From Candidatus Nanopelagicales bacterium (GTDB lineage: Bacteria > Actinomycetota > Actinomycetes > S36-B12 > UBA5976): 36,184 bases of DNA. Made by a program: the position numbers and the translations under genes. The notes beneath the pieces were generated by a model, which did not search any database, was not told the DNA's origin, and worked only from the letters and a program-made list of their open reading frames with translations. Where the stretch lies: the NCBI GenBank assembly GCA_023257525.1, contig JALRCB010000002.1:1-36184 (forward strand), read 5' to 3'. This document shows, one piece after another, positions 25,420 through 34,021 of this stretch (within the stretch, counting starts at the first letter, position 1; every line of letters begins with the position of its first letter).

Positions 25420-25846
25420 GCAAGCGCTTGATGCGGTACTTCGAGTTGCGCGCTTAAGGGAGCAACAGGCCGCGGCCGTGGCACAACGTGAGAGGCAGCA
25501 GCTGAACGATGCCATTGCGGCTGCGAACCAGTTAGACCAATTTGCTAACGAATATCGGAAAGATCTTTCGCAGGCGCTTGAGAGCGACCGTGGTAGAGCA
25601 CCTGACTTGGTTAGACTTCTTGAATTCGCTAGAAAGCTAGAGTCGACTGCCCAAGATCAGCGTCAGGCAAGTCAACCGCTCAAGCTTCGAGCAGCCGAGA
25701 GCATGGAAAAGTATTACGCTCTACGCCTTAAGCTCGATGGGCTGGAAAAGCTCGAGCTTCAAATGAAATCAAGGCTTCGGCAAGAGCTAAGTCTTCGTGA
25801 GTCGCGTGAAACGGAAGACGCGATTGCATCTCGTCTTGGACACTGA
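25400..25846 (+). CDS. fliJ: Flagellar export protein FliJ
   Basis: 148-aa coiled-coil protein (LDAVLRVARLREQQAAAVAQRERQQLNDAIAAANQLDQFANEYRKDL) directly after fliI and overlapping its stop. GTG at 25400 or ATG at 25409. Confidence 0.8.
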   Translation: MRRMLRKQALDAVLRVARLREQQAAAVAQRERQQLNDAIAAANQLDQFANEYRKDLSQALESDRGRAPDLVRLLEFARKLESTAQDQRQASQPLKLRAAESMEKYYALRLKLDGLEKLELQMKSRLRQELSLRESRETEDAIASRLGH

Positions 25847-25874
25847 ACATGCCAACTCGGATCAAAACCCCAGT

Positions 25875-25890
25875 TGGCACGAATTATGCT
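25875..25890 (+). promoter_or_regulatory. Sigma-54 promoter upstream of fliK
   Basis: TGGCACG-aatt-ATGCT versus the consensus TGGCACG-N4-TTGCW. GG at 25876-25877 and GC at 25888-25889 give the exact GG-N10-GC spacing. 68 nt upstream of the fliK ATG. The -24 element overlaps the right arm of a 7-bp inverted repeat, GCCAACT (25851-25857) / AGTTGGC (25872-25878). Confidence 0.65.
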
Positions 25891-25957
25891 GGATAGTGGC
25901 TTGTCGAAGGTTCTAGAGCTCTTCGGTACTTCTATCAATTACTAAATTGTTGACCTT

Positions 25958-27226
25958 ATGATTGCCATCAAGTCTTCACCAACGCAGTCGATGAAGCAGG
26001 AAAACCCCGCCGTTGGTACAGAAAAATCTGCCGAACAGCGGAATGATCTAGCCTTTGAATTGCTTCTTGGCCTGATGGGGGGGCGTTTTCAGGGAGATTG
26101 TGATGGCGCCCAGCTACCCTCAGATGAATTGGTTGCCGACGGCAAACGGGTAACCGATGTTGGCTTGGTAACGGCAAGTATTGCCGGCCCGCAGTCGTTT
26201 CAGGTTTCGACGCCAACTGCGGTGGGGCATGACCTAACCGATTCAGAGGCTCTCGGCGGTGTTAGTGCGCTACTTGATGCCTCCGTAGCCGCGCTTAGAC
26301 GGCAGGGGGATGATCCTATGGTAGGAGCACAGCTCGGGTTGGAAGCTGCGCGAAAGGCGTTTGCAGCGCTGAATGCTCAGGCGGACCAAAATCTTCTAAC
26401 TGCTAGGCTTGCTGCAGCAGTTAGGGGTGACCGTGCCGCGCTTCAAGAGTTGATTTCAGATGGGTTTCTTGCCAAGCTCAATCCCGTGGCAGTCGTTCCT
26501 CGAGATTTTGCGATTGAACAGCATCTTCAGGAATCAATCCAGGGAGCGCTTTCTGGGCGGATAGTCGACGGGCAGATACTGCAAGCACAAGTGCTTGAAA
26601 TTGATGGCAGTACTGCCCCTCTTCAGGCTGATGAAATGAAAACTCAGGGTTCCTACAATCTGTACTCGGGGGCTGACTTATCGCCTCTCAATGACGGCGA
26701 TGCTGATGCTTCTAAGTCGCTTGATATATTTCAGCGAGAAGGCGATCTACCACTACTCTATGTGCAGGACTCTCGAGCCCCCTCAAATAGTCAAAGCCAG
26801 GGTGTAGCAGGCATTGTCAGCTCGCAGCCAATGATTGAGCCAACCGTAAATTGGTTGTTGTCTCAACAAGGTGGAGGGGCTACGATTGACCTCACGCCAC
26901 CGGATTTAGGTCACGTGCGCGTTGAATTGAAGCTTGATTCAGCGGGTCAGCATGCAACGCTTGTGGTGCATCCTTCCTCTGATGCTGCGAAAGCTTCAAT
27001 CGAGCAATCACTTTCCCGTTTGGTTGACGTTTTTGCTGCATCGGGTATGCAGTTATCAGTATCGGTTGAAAGTGGGCAATCCGGACTTGGGTTTGCAAGA
27101 GAGCGTGAAAGGCCTCCGAGAGACTTGGGATTGGATCGGGTAAGCTCCTTAGAGCAGTCGAGGGATTTTGGTCTTGCGATGCGGCGTTCTACGCTGAGCG
27201 AGTCAGGGCTAAGCTTATACGTATAG
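25958..27226 (+). CDS. fliK: Flagellar hook-length control protein FliK
   Basis: The C-terminal IDLTPPDLGHVRVELKLDSAGQHATLVVHPSSDAAKASIEQSLSRLVDVFAASGMQLSVSVESGQ matches the FliK C-terminal domain pattern. Canonical position after fliJ. Confidence 0.82.
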   Translation: MIAIKSSPTQSMKQENPAVGTEKSAEQRNDLAFELLLGLMGGRFQGDCDGAQLPSDELVADGKRVTDVGLVTASIAGPQSFQVSTPTAVGHDLTDSEALGGVSALLDASVAALRRQGDDPMVGAQLGLEAARKAFAALNAQADQNLLTARLAAAVRGDRAALQELISDGFLAKLNPVAVVPRDFAIEQHLQESIQGALSGRIVDGQILQAQVLEIDGSTAPLQADEMKTQGSYNLYSGADLSPLNDGDADASKSLDIFQREGDLPLLYVQDSRAPSNSQSQGVAGIVSSQPMIEPTVNWLLSQQGGGATIDLTPPDLGHVRVELKLDSAGQHATLVVHPSSDAAKASIEQSLSRLVDVFAASGMQLSVSVESGQSGLGFARERERPPRDLGLDRVSSLEQSRDFGLAMRRSTLSESGLSLYV

Positions 27227-27355
27227 GACGTTATAATTATTGGGCATTAGTTTTTTGGTTTTACTAGGAGTGCTTGGCGTAGACTCGGGTCGGGTCATAA
27301 GCTGAGTTAATTTCGGTGGTTGAATTTCGTAAGTGAATTTTTATCGAGACTGAAA

Positions 27356-28087
27356 ATGGCTGAAGCAGAACTTAATCCAGCAGCAACAGCAAATGCAGCC
27401 ACGGCTGCAGCCGTAACCGCGGCCACAGAGGGGGAAGAAGCCCCCGTAAAAAAGAGCAAATTGCCTTTAATTATAGCTATCGTGGTTGTACTCGTGTTGA
27501 TTGGTGGGGGCGTTGGCGGTTGGATGTGGTACTCCGCCAAGAAAAAGAAAGAAGCCGAAGAAGCGGAACAAACGCTTGAGAGTCGGCTAAAAGCCCAAAT
27601 GCAGTTTAAAAAAGAGAACAAGGCACCTACCTTTGTGAAGATGGACCCCTTCACTGTGAACCTGCCGTCTAAAGGTGGCGAACATTATCTTCAGGTTGAA
27701 ATGTTCCTGCGAGTATCAGAAGGCAAGGTCGAGGGAAAGATCAAAGAGTTTTTGCCTGTCGTCCAGGATCGAATCATTACTGTGCTTTCCTCGCGCTCCA
27801 TGGAGCAGCTCGCGACGGTAGAAGGCAAGGAGATTCTTGGTAAAGAGATTGCATTGGTCGTTAACTCGATTATTGAACCCCAATTGACCGCGATCTACGT
27901 GCTTCAGCAACAACCATCAACAGCTGACCTTAGGAACCTTGAGCGCATAGGCGCAATGCCTAAAGATGCTTCAGCAACCGCCCAAATGACTCAAGTCGCT
28001 CGAGAAGCTGCAGCACAGTTCTGGCGAATCAGCGAGATGGATTTACCGGTTCAGGGAGTGCTCTTCAAGCAATTCATCATGCAGTGA
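27356..28087 (+). CDS. fliL: Flagellar basal body-associated protein FliL
   Basis: Single TM (LPLIIAIVVVLVLIGGGVGGWMWY), then FVKMDPFTVNLPSKGGEHYLQVEMFLRV...VVQDRIITVLSSRSMEQLATVEGKEILGKEI, and a C-terminal VLFKQFIMQ. ATG at 27356 is preferred over the upstream TTG at 27320. Confidence 0.85.
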   Translation: MAEAELNPAATANAATAAAVTAATEGEEAPVKKSKLPLIIAIVVVLVLIGGGVGGWMWYSAKKKKEAEEAEQTLESRLKAQMQFKKENKAPTFVKMDPFTVNLPSKGGEHYLQVEMFLRVSEGKVEGKIKEFLPVVQDRIITVLSSRSMEQLATVEGKEILGKEIALVVNSIIEPQLTAIYVLQQQPSTADLRNLERIGAMPKDASATAQMTQVAREAAAQFWRISEMDLPVQGVLFKQFIMQ

Positions 28088-28132
28088 TGGGACATGACCA
28101 AATCTAGTGTTCTATTAATGGCAACTTCTTGA

Positions 28133-29182
28133 TTGAGCGAGAGTCCAGTGAGTGAAGCTGTAAAGGCGACGGCAGACGATCAACCAGACGATGACTTGGG
28201 TAACGACGTTCTCAAGACAAATCGCGAGGCCAAAGCCTCAGTCTTTGACAAGATGCATCGCATTCTTAGCAGGAGAATGCCGACCCTTGAGCTGATTCAT
28301 GAGCGATTTGCTCGAACCATGAGGCTGCAGTTATTTAACATGATTCGCTGCCGTTGCGAAGTTGATCTCCATCCCCCGAAAATAAAACCATATTCCGATT
28401 TTCTCTCGAGCTTTCCCGAGCGTACAAATATCAACATTGTTAACATCAAATCGCTCCGCGGGGTCGCGTGCTGGATTGTTGACCCAGCTGTTATATACCT
28501 CACAATCGATAATATGTTTGGTGGCGAGGGGCACCTCGAACCCAAAATCGTTCCAAAGGAATACACAGCGACAGAGTTAAGAATAGTTAGACGTTTTGTC
28601 GATATGGTTCTCGCAGAATACGAAAAGGCGTGGAAACAAGTTTATGAGTTGAAGTTTGATTTTGTAAGATCCGAAGGTAATTTTCAGTTTGCAAAAATTA
28701 CTGGTAACGATGAGATGGTCTTGCACTGTAAGTTCACGATTGATATCAATGGACGCGCAGGCGATGTGGACTTTTGCGTGCCTTTTTGGGTGTTTGAACC
28801 TCTAAAAGCAACATTGTTTGCGCAGTCCGTAGGCTTCCAGATGGAAGCAGATACGAAATGGACAGGAGCACTAGAAAGCGAAATGCAGACAGCAGAAGTA
28901 GAGATTGCTGCAATTCTCGCTGAAAGAAAAATGTTGCTTGGAGATATTCTGTCATTGAATGTTGGTGAAATAATACCCATCGAAGTTCAGGATCCAATCA
29001 CGGCCTTTGTAAATCGAGTGCCAATGATCCGAGGTAAGTATGGTGTTAAGAACGGTCGGTATGCCCTACGAGTCGAAGAGATTCGTAACCCTACTGACTT
29101 TGTAAGTCTTGGACTCAAAAATAAGCAGTTGCTTGGGCCTCAAAAGTATGATGATGAATTCAAGTTTGGTATGGAGAAATAA
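28133..29182 (+). CDS. fliM: Flagellar motor switch protein FliM
   Basis: MPTLELIHERFARTMRLQLFNMIRCRCEV, and a C-terminal SpoA-like domain (LSLNVGEIIPIEVQDPITAFVNRVPMIRGKYGVKNGRYALRVEEI). TTG start at 28133; alternative GTG at 28148. Confidence 0.93.
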   Translation: MSESPVSEAVKATADDQPDDDLGNDVLKTNREAKASVFDKMHRILSRRMPTLELIHERFARTMRLQLFNMIRCRCEVDLHPPKIKPYSDFLSSFPERTNINIVNIKSLRGVACWIVDPAVIYLTIDNMFGGEGHLEPKIVPKEYTATELRIVRRFVDMVLAEYEKAWKQVYELKFDFVRSEGNFQFAKITGNDEMVLHCKFTIDINGRAGDVDFCVPFWVFEPLKATLFAQSVGFQMEADTKWTGALESEMQTAEVEIAAILAERKMLLGDILSLNVGEIIPIEVQDPITAFVNRVPMIRGKYGVKNGRYALRVEEIRNPTDFVSLGLKNKQLLGPQKYDDEFKFGMEK

Positions 29183-29533
29183 ATGAGTAATGAGTCATCT
29201 GGTGGATTGTCCGGTGATGCACAGTCGGTTAACTTTGATAATTTTGATATTGGCGGTGCAGATGGCGGTGTAAACGATATCGACCTGGTTTTAGATATTC
29301 CGGTCAATGTGACAGTTGAGTTAGGTCGAGCAAAAATGCAGATTAGAAATCTGCTAGCACTGTCTTATGGTTCAGTGGTGGAGTTAGATGTACTTGCTGG
29401 TGAACCTCTCGACGTTATGGTGAATGGCTGTTTGATTGCACAGGGAGAGGTGGTTATTGTTAACGATCGATATGGTATTCGCTTAACCGATATCGTTACC
29501 CCTACTGAGCGACTCCGTAAGCTCAATCGCTAG
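29183..29533 (+). CDS. fliN: Flagellar motor switch protein FliN
   Basis: The SpoA domain IPVNVTVELGRAKMQIRNLLALSYGSVVELDVLAGEPLDVMVNGCLIAQGEVVIVNDRYGIRLTDIV is near-canonical. The ATG directly abuts the fliM stop (TAAATG). Confidence 0.96.
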   Translation: MSNESSGGLSGDAQSVNFDNFDIGGADGGVNDIDLVLDIPVNVTVELGRAKMQIRNLLALSYGSVVELDVLAGEPLDVMVNGCLIAQGEVVIVNDRYGIRLTDIVTPTERLRKLNR

Positions 29534-29563
29534 TAGATTTCTCTCAAAGCTTGTGCAAATTCA

Positions 29564-30610
29564 ATGGAAATTTCGAGCTCGAGCTTGATATTCTTATTTA
29601 TTGTCACTTTGATTGCGTTAGCTATAGGTTTTGTTGCGCGGCTTTGGAGACGTTCAACCCAGCAGAGCCCATCTCTTCGATTGATCAGTTCCCTTCAGGT
29701 TGGCCAAAAAGAGCGTTTGGTCGAGGTCCTCAATGGGGATGAGGTTTTATTGCTTGGTATTACATCACAGCAAATTACAGTTATTGATCGTCGTAAGGCC
29801 AGTGAGTTAGAGCGAACTCTCAAAGCTGAACGATTGCGTTCCCAACCATTCAACGTCAGCGCTCTATCAGCAACCGTAGTTGTCCTAGTAGCGTTTGCCT
29901 GTCTGTTCCCGTCTGACATCCTTGCGCAAAGCTTGCCGCTTTTTGAGTCGGTACCAGGCAAGGGCGGGGTAACAAGTTATTCGGTCCCTGTTCAAACGGT
30001 TTTGTTGCTGACTGCGCTATCTTTTTTGCCCTCGATGCTGATGCTCATGACGAGCTTCACAAGAATTCTTATTGTACTTTCGCTGCTGAGACAGGCAATG
30101 GGATTAGTTACCACGCCGCCGAACGCGGTATTGGTAGGGTTAGCCTTATTTGTTACTGCTGCAGTGATGGCTCCAGTCGCCGACAAGGTCTACGGAGATG
30201 CTTGGCAGCCCTATAGTGCAGGGAGAATTGGTTTCCAGGAAGCCGTTGATAAGGGTATCGAGCCGGTTAAAGCGTTTATGCTTCGACAAACCCGCGCGGA
30301 CGATTTGAATCTTTTTATTCGATTGTCTGGCAAAACTTATGCTAAACCCGAGGATGTTCCTCTAACCACGGTGATACCAGCCTTCGCAATTAGTGAAATT
30401 AGAACAGCATTTTTGATAGGTTTTGTAATTTATCTGCCTTTCCTTGCAATAGATTTTGCTGTTGCGAGCATACTCACAGCTCTCGGCATGGTTATGGTTT
30501 CACCGATCACTTTCTCGTTGCCATTAAAGCTCATAGTTTTTGTACTTGCTGATGGATGGGCGATGCTGATCGGTGGGTTGGTAGAGAGTTTCCGGATGGT
30601 GGCCACTTAA
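29564..30610 (+). CDS. fliP: FliO-FliP encoded as one continuous ORF (export-gate protein FliP with an N-terminal FliO-like module)
   Basis: Residues 1 to about 95 are FliO-like: a single TM (LIFLFIVTLIALAIGFVARLW), then LRLISSLQVGQKERLVEVLNGDEVLLLGITSQQITVI. The following signal-peptide-like stretch is ATVVVLVAFACLFPSDILA-QS. Canonical FliP follows (VQTVLLLTALSFLPSMLMLMTSFTRILIVLSLLRQAMG..PPN.VLVGLALFVT..VMAPV). There is no in-frame stop between the two parts. An in-frame TTG lies at 29834. Confidence 0.9.
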   Translation: MEISSSSLIFLFIVTLIALAIGFVARLWRRSTQQSPSLRLISSLQVGQKERLVEVLNGDEVLLLGITSQQITVIDRRKASELERTLKAERLRSQPFNVSALSATVVVLVAFACLFPSDILAQSLPLFESVPGKGGVTSYSVPVQTVLLLTALSFLPSMLMLMTSFTRILIVLSLLRQAMGLVTTPPNAVLVGLALFVTAAVMAPVADKVYGDAWQPYSAGRIGFQEAVDKGIEPVKAFMLRQTRADDLNLFIRLSGKTYAKPEDVPLTTVIPAFAISEIRTAFLIGFVIYLPFLAIDFAVASILTALGMVMVSPITFSLPLKLIVFVLADGWAMLIGGLVESFRMVAT

Positions 30611-30643
30611 TCGACTTTCCTTACTTGATAGGTGTTTTCAAAG

Positions 30644-30913
30644 ATGGATAGTGGTGAAATTATTGGACATGTTCTAAGAGCTATTCTCATGATGGGGCTT
30701 CTGGCTGGTCCGATTTTGTTAGCCATTCTCGCTCTCGGACTGCTTCTAGGGGTGTTGCAGGCAGCGACTTCAGTTAATGAGCAGACATTGACATTTGTGC
30801 CAAAGCTTTTGATTACTGCGCTAGTCATAGGGGTTGGCGGATCGACTATATTGAGTTTATATGTTGATTATTTGCGCGATGTGTTAGCCCGCATCCCTGC
30901 AATAACGCAGTGA
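30644..30913 (+). CDS. fliQ: Flagellar export-gate protein FliQ
   Basis: 89 aa from the ATG at 30644. GPILLAILALGLLLGVLQAATSVNEQTLTFVPKLLITALVI matches the conserved FliQ motif (QA.TqiqEqTLsFvPKl). Confidence 0.95.
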   Translation: MDSGEIIGHVLRAILMMGLLAGPILLAILALGLLLGVLQAATSVNEQTLTFVPKLLITALVIGVGGSTILSLYVDYLRDVLARIPAITQ

Positions 30914-30945
30914 TATAGCTGTAAGCTCGTTTTTGATTCACTCTG

Positions 30946-31737
30946 ATGATTTCGATTCCGCAATCTCTGATAGAAACCGCTTTGCTTCCAGGTTTGTTAG
31001 CTGCAACCAGGATCGTAGGGCTTTTGCTGGCCGCGCCGTTCTTCGCACTGCAAACGATTCCTCAGCGATTTAGAATTGGATTGGCTCTTATTATTGCTTT
31101 TGGCATTCCTCTCGAAATCGGTGCTCTAACGGCAATTTCAATAGCAGGATCCAGTGCAGGCTTTTTTTTACTCTCAGCAACTGAGCTGCTTATCGGTCTA
31201 GCGATGGGCTGGTTAGTGAGAGTCGGTATGATTGTCTTTGATGTCGCTGCTGAAATAATCAGTATTCAAACAGGGCTCTCATTCGCGTCCCAGTACAATC
31301 CAGATCAAGCATTACCCTCCGGCGTTGTAGGCAGTTTGTTCGGTTTGATCGGACTGGCACTCATGTTTGTATTGAATCTTCATTTGGTGATAATTGAGAT
31401 AATATTTGATTCGTTTAGAAGTTTGCCTCCAGGCCGATGGCCGACTATGTTTAATATTTCATCTGTTTTAAGTGTCTTTGCTGGTTCGTTTGGGATTGGT
31501 TTGCTTTTGGCACTTCCTTTTATTGCCATTAATCTCGTTGTAATGGCTGCTCAAGGGTTTTTGGGCAGAACAAGTCCTCAAATGAATTTGTTTTCGATCG
31601 GCTTTGCTCTTACGATTCCTATCGGAGTTTTTTTGATCTATGTTTTGTTGCCGGTTTTTCCAGAAGCTCTCCAGCGTTCACAAGAAGGCGTTTATGGATT
31701 ATTGCGTCAGGCCTTGAGCTTAACCCGAGGAAATTAA
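30946..31737 (+). CDS. fliR: Flagellar export-gate protein FliR
   Basis: 263-aa polytopic membrane protein with the pattern LLAATRIVGLLLAAPFF...ELLIGLAMGWLVRVGMIVFDVAAEIISIQTGLSFA. Canonical position after fliQ. Confidence 0.93.
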   Translation: MISIPQSLIETALLPGLLAATRIVGLLLAAPFFALQTIPQRFRIGLALIIAFGIPLEIGALTAISIAGSSAGFFLLSATELLIGLAMGWLVRVGMIVFDVAAEIISIQTGLSFASQYNPDQALPSGVVGSLFGLIGLALMFVLNLHLVIIEIIFDSFRSLPPGRWPTMFNISSVLSVFAGSFGIGLLLALPFIAINLVVMAAQGFLGRTSPQMNLFSIGFALTIPIGVFLIYVLLPVFPEALQRSQEGVYGLLRQALSLTRGN

Positions 31738-31738
31738 T

Positions 31739-32629
31739 ATGAAGATTTTTCGACTTACCCTCCTCATGGCCGTCTTCATTTCTCTTGCAGGATGTTTAGA
31801 AAGCTTACCCAAGACTGTGTCTTCTGGAGATTTTCCCTCTTTGCCATTATCTCCAACGCTTAAGGATAGGAATGCAGCACTTGCGCGTGCTTGGGATCAG
31901 GCTAGTCTCACATGTAGGAGTCAATATAGTTCTCGCGGTAGTTACTGTGAGCAGCTGAAAGTGGAAGGTGAGTTTCTGAGTTGTACTGCGACTCGACTAA
32001 CCGACGCTGCCGAAAGGTTGAAATATCCTTCGCCTGATTTGATTCGAGTTTGGCATAATTGTGTAATGACAACTGCAGGTCTCCTGAAGGACGGTTATTA
32101 TTTAACGAAGCTGGACCTAGAGCGTCGGGTTGCTAGTTGCCAGTCTCGCTTAGATCCGGAGCCAGAGTTTCCGATAAGGCAGACTGGATGGTTGGGTCCT
32201 CTGCTGAGTATGATTTCCAATGACGACAAAGAGCCCTTAAGAGCTGTTATGCCAGGTGACTTTGGCGTTGCGAACTCCAGAATAGCTCTACCAACATGTG
32301 AAGCGAGGTTTAAGGCAGCCGCTGCGACAGCTAGCCCGTTGGCTGTTGGGCAAATTCCGAAGGAACAAGCGAATATCGTGTCACCACCCCAGCAAGCTCC
32401 TGTGTCGCCTAATGTGGCGATTGAGGACGAAGGTTCAAAGAAATCTAGTCAGAGGAAAGTCGTTAATACCCGGGATACAAAGGCAGTTTCAGCCAGACCA
32501 GCGTCAGCAGCACAGAGCATTCCGCATAACTTGGATCCACGTAATCAACAGGGAGTGGGCGCCAAGTACTGTCCTATACCAGGTGCTTGTGGTCCTTCGG
32601 TGCCAGTTGATGCAGTAAAGAGGCCGTAA
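31739..32629 (+). CDS. Cys-rich lipoprotein of unknown function, translationally coupled to fliR
   Basis: Lipobox signal peptide MKIFRLTLLMAVFISLAG-C. Eight further Cys residues are spread through the mature part. C-terminal Pro/Ser/Ala/Gln-rich tail. The ATG is one nt after the fliR stop (TAATATG). Confidence 0.7.
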   Translation: MKIFRLTLLMAVFISLAGCLESLPKTVSSGDFPSLPLSPTLKDRNAALARAWDQASLTCRSQYSSRGSYCEQLKVEGEFLSCTATRLTDAAERLKYPSPDLIRVWHNCVMTTAGLLKDGYYLTKLDLERRVASCQSRLDPEPEFPIRQTGWLGPLLSMISNDDKEPLRAVMPGDFGVANSRIALPTCEARFKAAAATASPLAVGQIPKEQANIVSPPQQAPVSPNVAIEDEGSKKSSQRKVVNTRDTKAVSARPASAAQSIPHNLDPRNQQGVGAKYCPIPGACGPSVPVDAVKRP

Positions 32630-32641
32630 GGGGATATCGAC

Positions 32642-34021
32642 ATGACTTTAAAGGGGCTTTTATTGCCACTGAATTGTTTTTTTTGGGCTCTGACATCGCC
32701 CGTGTTTTTTTCTTTATTTGTTGCACTTGGACTTCAATTTGAAGTTCTCGCTGCCGATGCGGACAAGGCCGCTCCAACGTCTGGTGCGCCAATCGTTAAG
32801 CAGCAGATGACCGATATTAAGTCATCGATAGCTCTTCCTGTTGACAAGAAGCCAACAAATGCCGAATCTCTGAAGCTTAACGCTGCTTCAACCAACGTCC
32901 GCAAGGATGTTGATTTGACTTCTGCAAAGCCTGTTAATCCTTCAACGCCAATCCCTCCTGATTCAAAGGTCGAACCGTCAATTACGAGCTTAGAGCTTCG
33001 TGTAAGGGCTCTTTTGGAGGGCAAGTTAGGCACGGATGGGGAGCTTATCCTGCGTGCCGACGGTGATTTGACGGGGGTGTCAACGAGTAAGCCTTCCGGC
33101 GCCTTTGCGGGGCAGGGTGGGTCGATCTCTTCCATTGAATCGGCGGATCAAGGAAAGCGTTCTAAGGCGATACAAGGAGTAGTGATTCAATCGACTGTTG
33201 GAGAACCTCGCGCGAGGACGGCTGGCGCGGCGGACCCGGCAGTCTCGTCTATGAAGTCAAATCACCCTAGGCAGGCTGTATCTTCTAGAGAGGATCGCAA
33301 GAGCGATAAAACATCGTTATTAAACGGAGGGGCCAGATGGACTTGGAGTGGGCCAAGTGGCCCTCAGAACTGGGGTAGGATCGACCCAGATTTTGCCCAG
33401 TGTTCGAGTGGGAAATTCCAATCACCGATAGTGATTAGGTCCTCAGATGTATTGGACAGTTCGATGTTGTTACCCGAGTTTCAATGGGAACCGGCTAGCT
33501 TTCGAGCGGAAAAGGATCGCGGCGTATTGAAGTTCAATTTGCTCACCAATTCGCGCTTAAAGTTTCGTGGACTAGAATGGAGATTACATCATCTTGAATT
33601 CCGAGTTCCTGGGGAACACTTCTTAGATGATCAGGGGTACGACGCATCAGTCATCCTGCACTACCAATCGAATCAACGTCTTTTGAATCTGTCGGTACCG
33701 ATTGTTGGCAAGAATGATTCGGCTGCGAATGCAGCATTTCGGGTCCTGATGCAGAGAATGCCTCTTGGAGAAGACGATTTAGTGTCTACGAATGACCGTT
33801 TCGTCAATCTTGCCGATTTCATACCCAATCCAAGTGGTTCTGCCTTTCTTTACCATGGATCGTTAACACTCCCGCCTTGTACTGAAGGTGTGTTGCATGT
33901 TGTTCTGAGGAATCCCTTGGTAATTTCTCTCGGACAGTTTCTGGAATTGAAGTCGTTTGCTCCACTGGGAGTGAGACCACCTCAAAATATTGAAAAGCGA
34001 CCGGTGATGAAGCTTAGCTAG
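32642..34021 (+). CDS. Secreted protein with a C-terminal alpha-carbonic-anhydrase-like domain lacking two zinc-ligand histidines (probable pseudoenzyme)
   Basis: Signal peptide (...FSLFVALGLQFEVLA-AD), then a linker of about 190 aa rich in Ser/Pro/Lys. The alpha-CA hallmarks are WSGPSGPQNWG, C..GKFQSPIVI, VPGEH and YHGSLTLPPCTEGV. LHHLEFRVPGEH occupies the place of L.QFHFH.PSEH, so E319 and R321 replace the zinc ligands. Starts 12 nt after the lipoprotein gene. Confidence 0.8.
   Translation: MTLKGLLLPLNCFFWALTSPVFFSLFVALGLQFEVLAADADKAAPTSGAPIVKQQMTDIKSSIALPVDKKPTNAESLKLNAASTNVRKDVDLTSAKPVNPSTPIPPDSKVEPSITSLELRVRALLEGKLGTDGELILRADGDLTGVSTSKPSGAFAGQGGSISSIESADQGKRSKAIQGVVIQSTVGEPRARTAGAADPAVSSMKSNHPRQAVSSREDRKSDKTSLLNGGARWTWSGPSGPQNWGRIDPDFAQCSSGKFQSPIVIRSSDVLDSSMLLPEFQWEPASFRAEKDRGVLKFNLLTNSRLKFRGLEWRLHHLEFRVPGEHFLDDQGYDASVILHYQSNQRLLNLSVPIVGKNDSAANAAFRVLMQRMPLGEDDLVSTNDRFVNLADFIPNPSGSAFLYHGSLTLPPCTEGVLHVVLRNPLVISLGQFLELKSFAPLGVRPPQNIEKRPVMKLS

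Noticed and set aside
32170-32177. TCCGATAA, a 7/8 match to the sigma-28 -10 element
   Set aside because: It lies inside the lipoprotein coding sequence, has no acceptable TAAA-type -35 at 11-12 nt spacing, and is about 470 nt from the next start codon.
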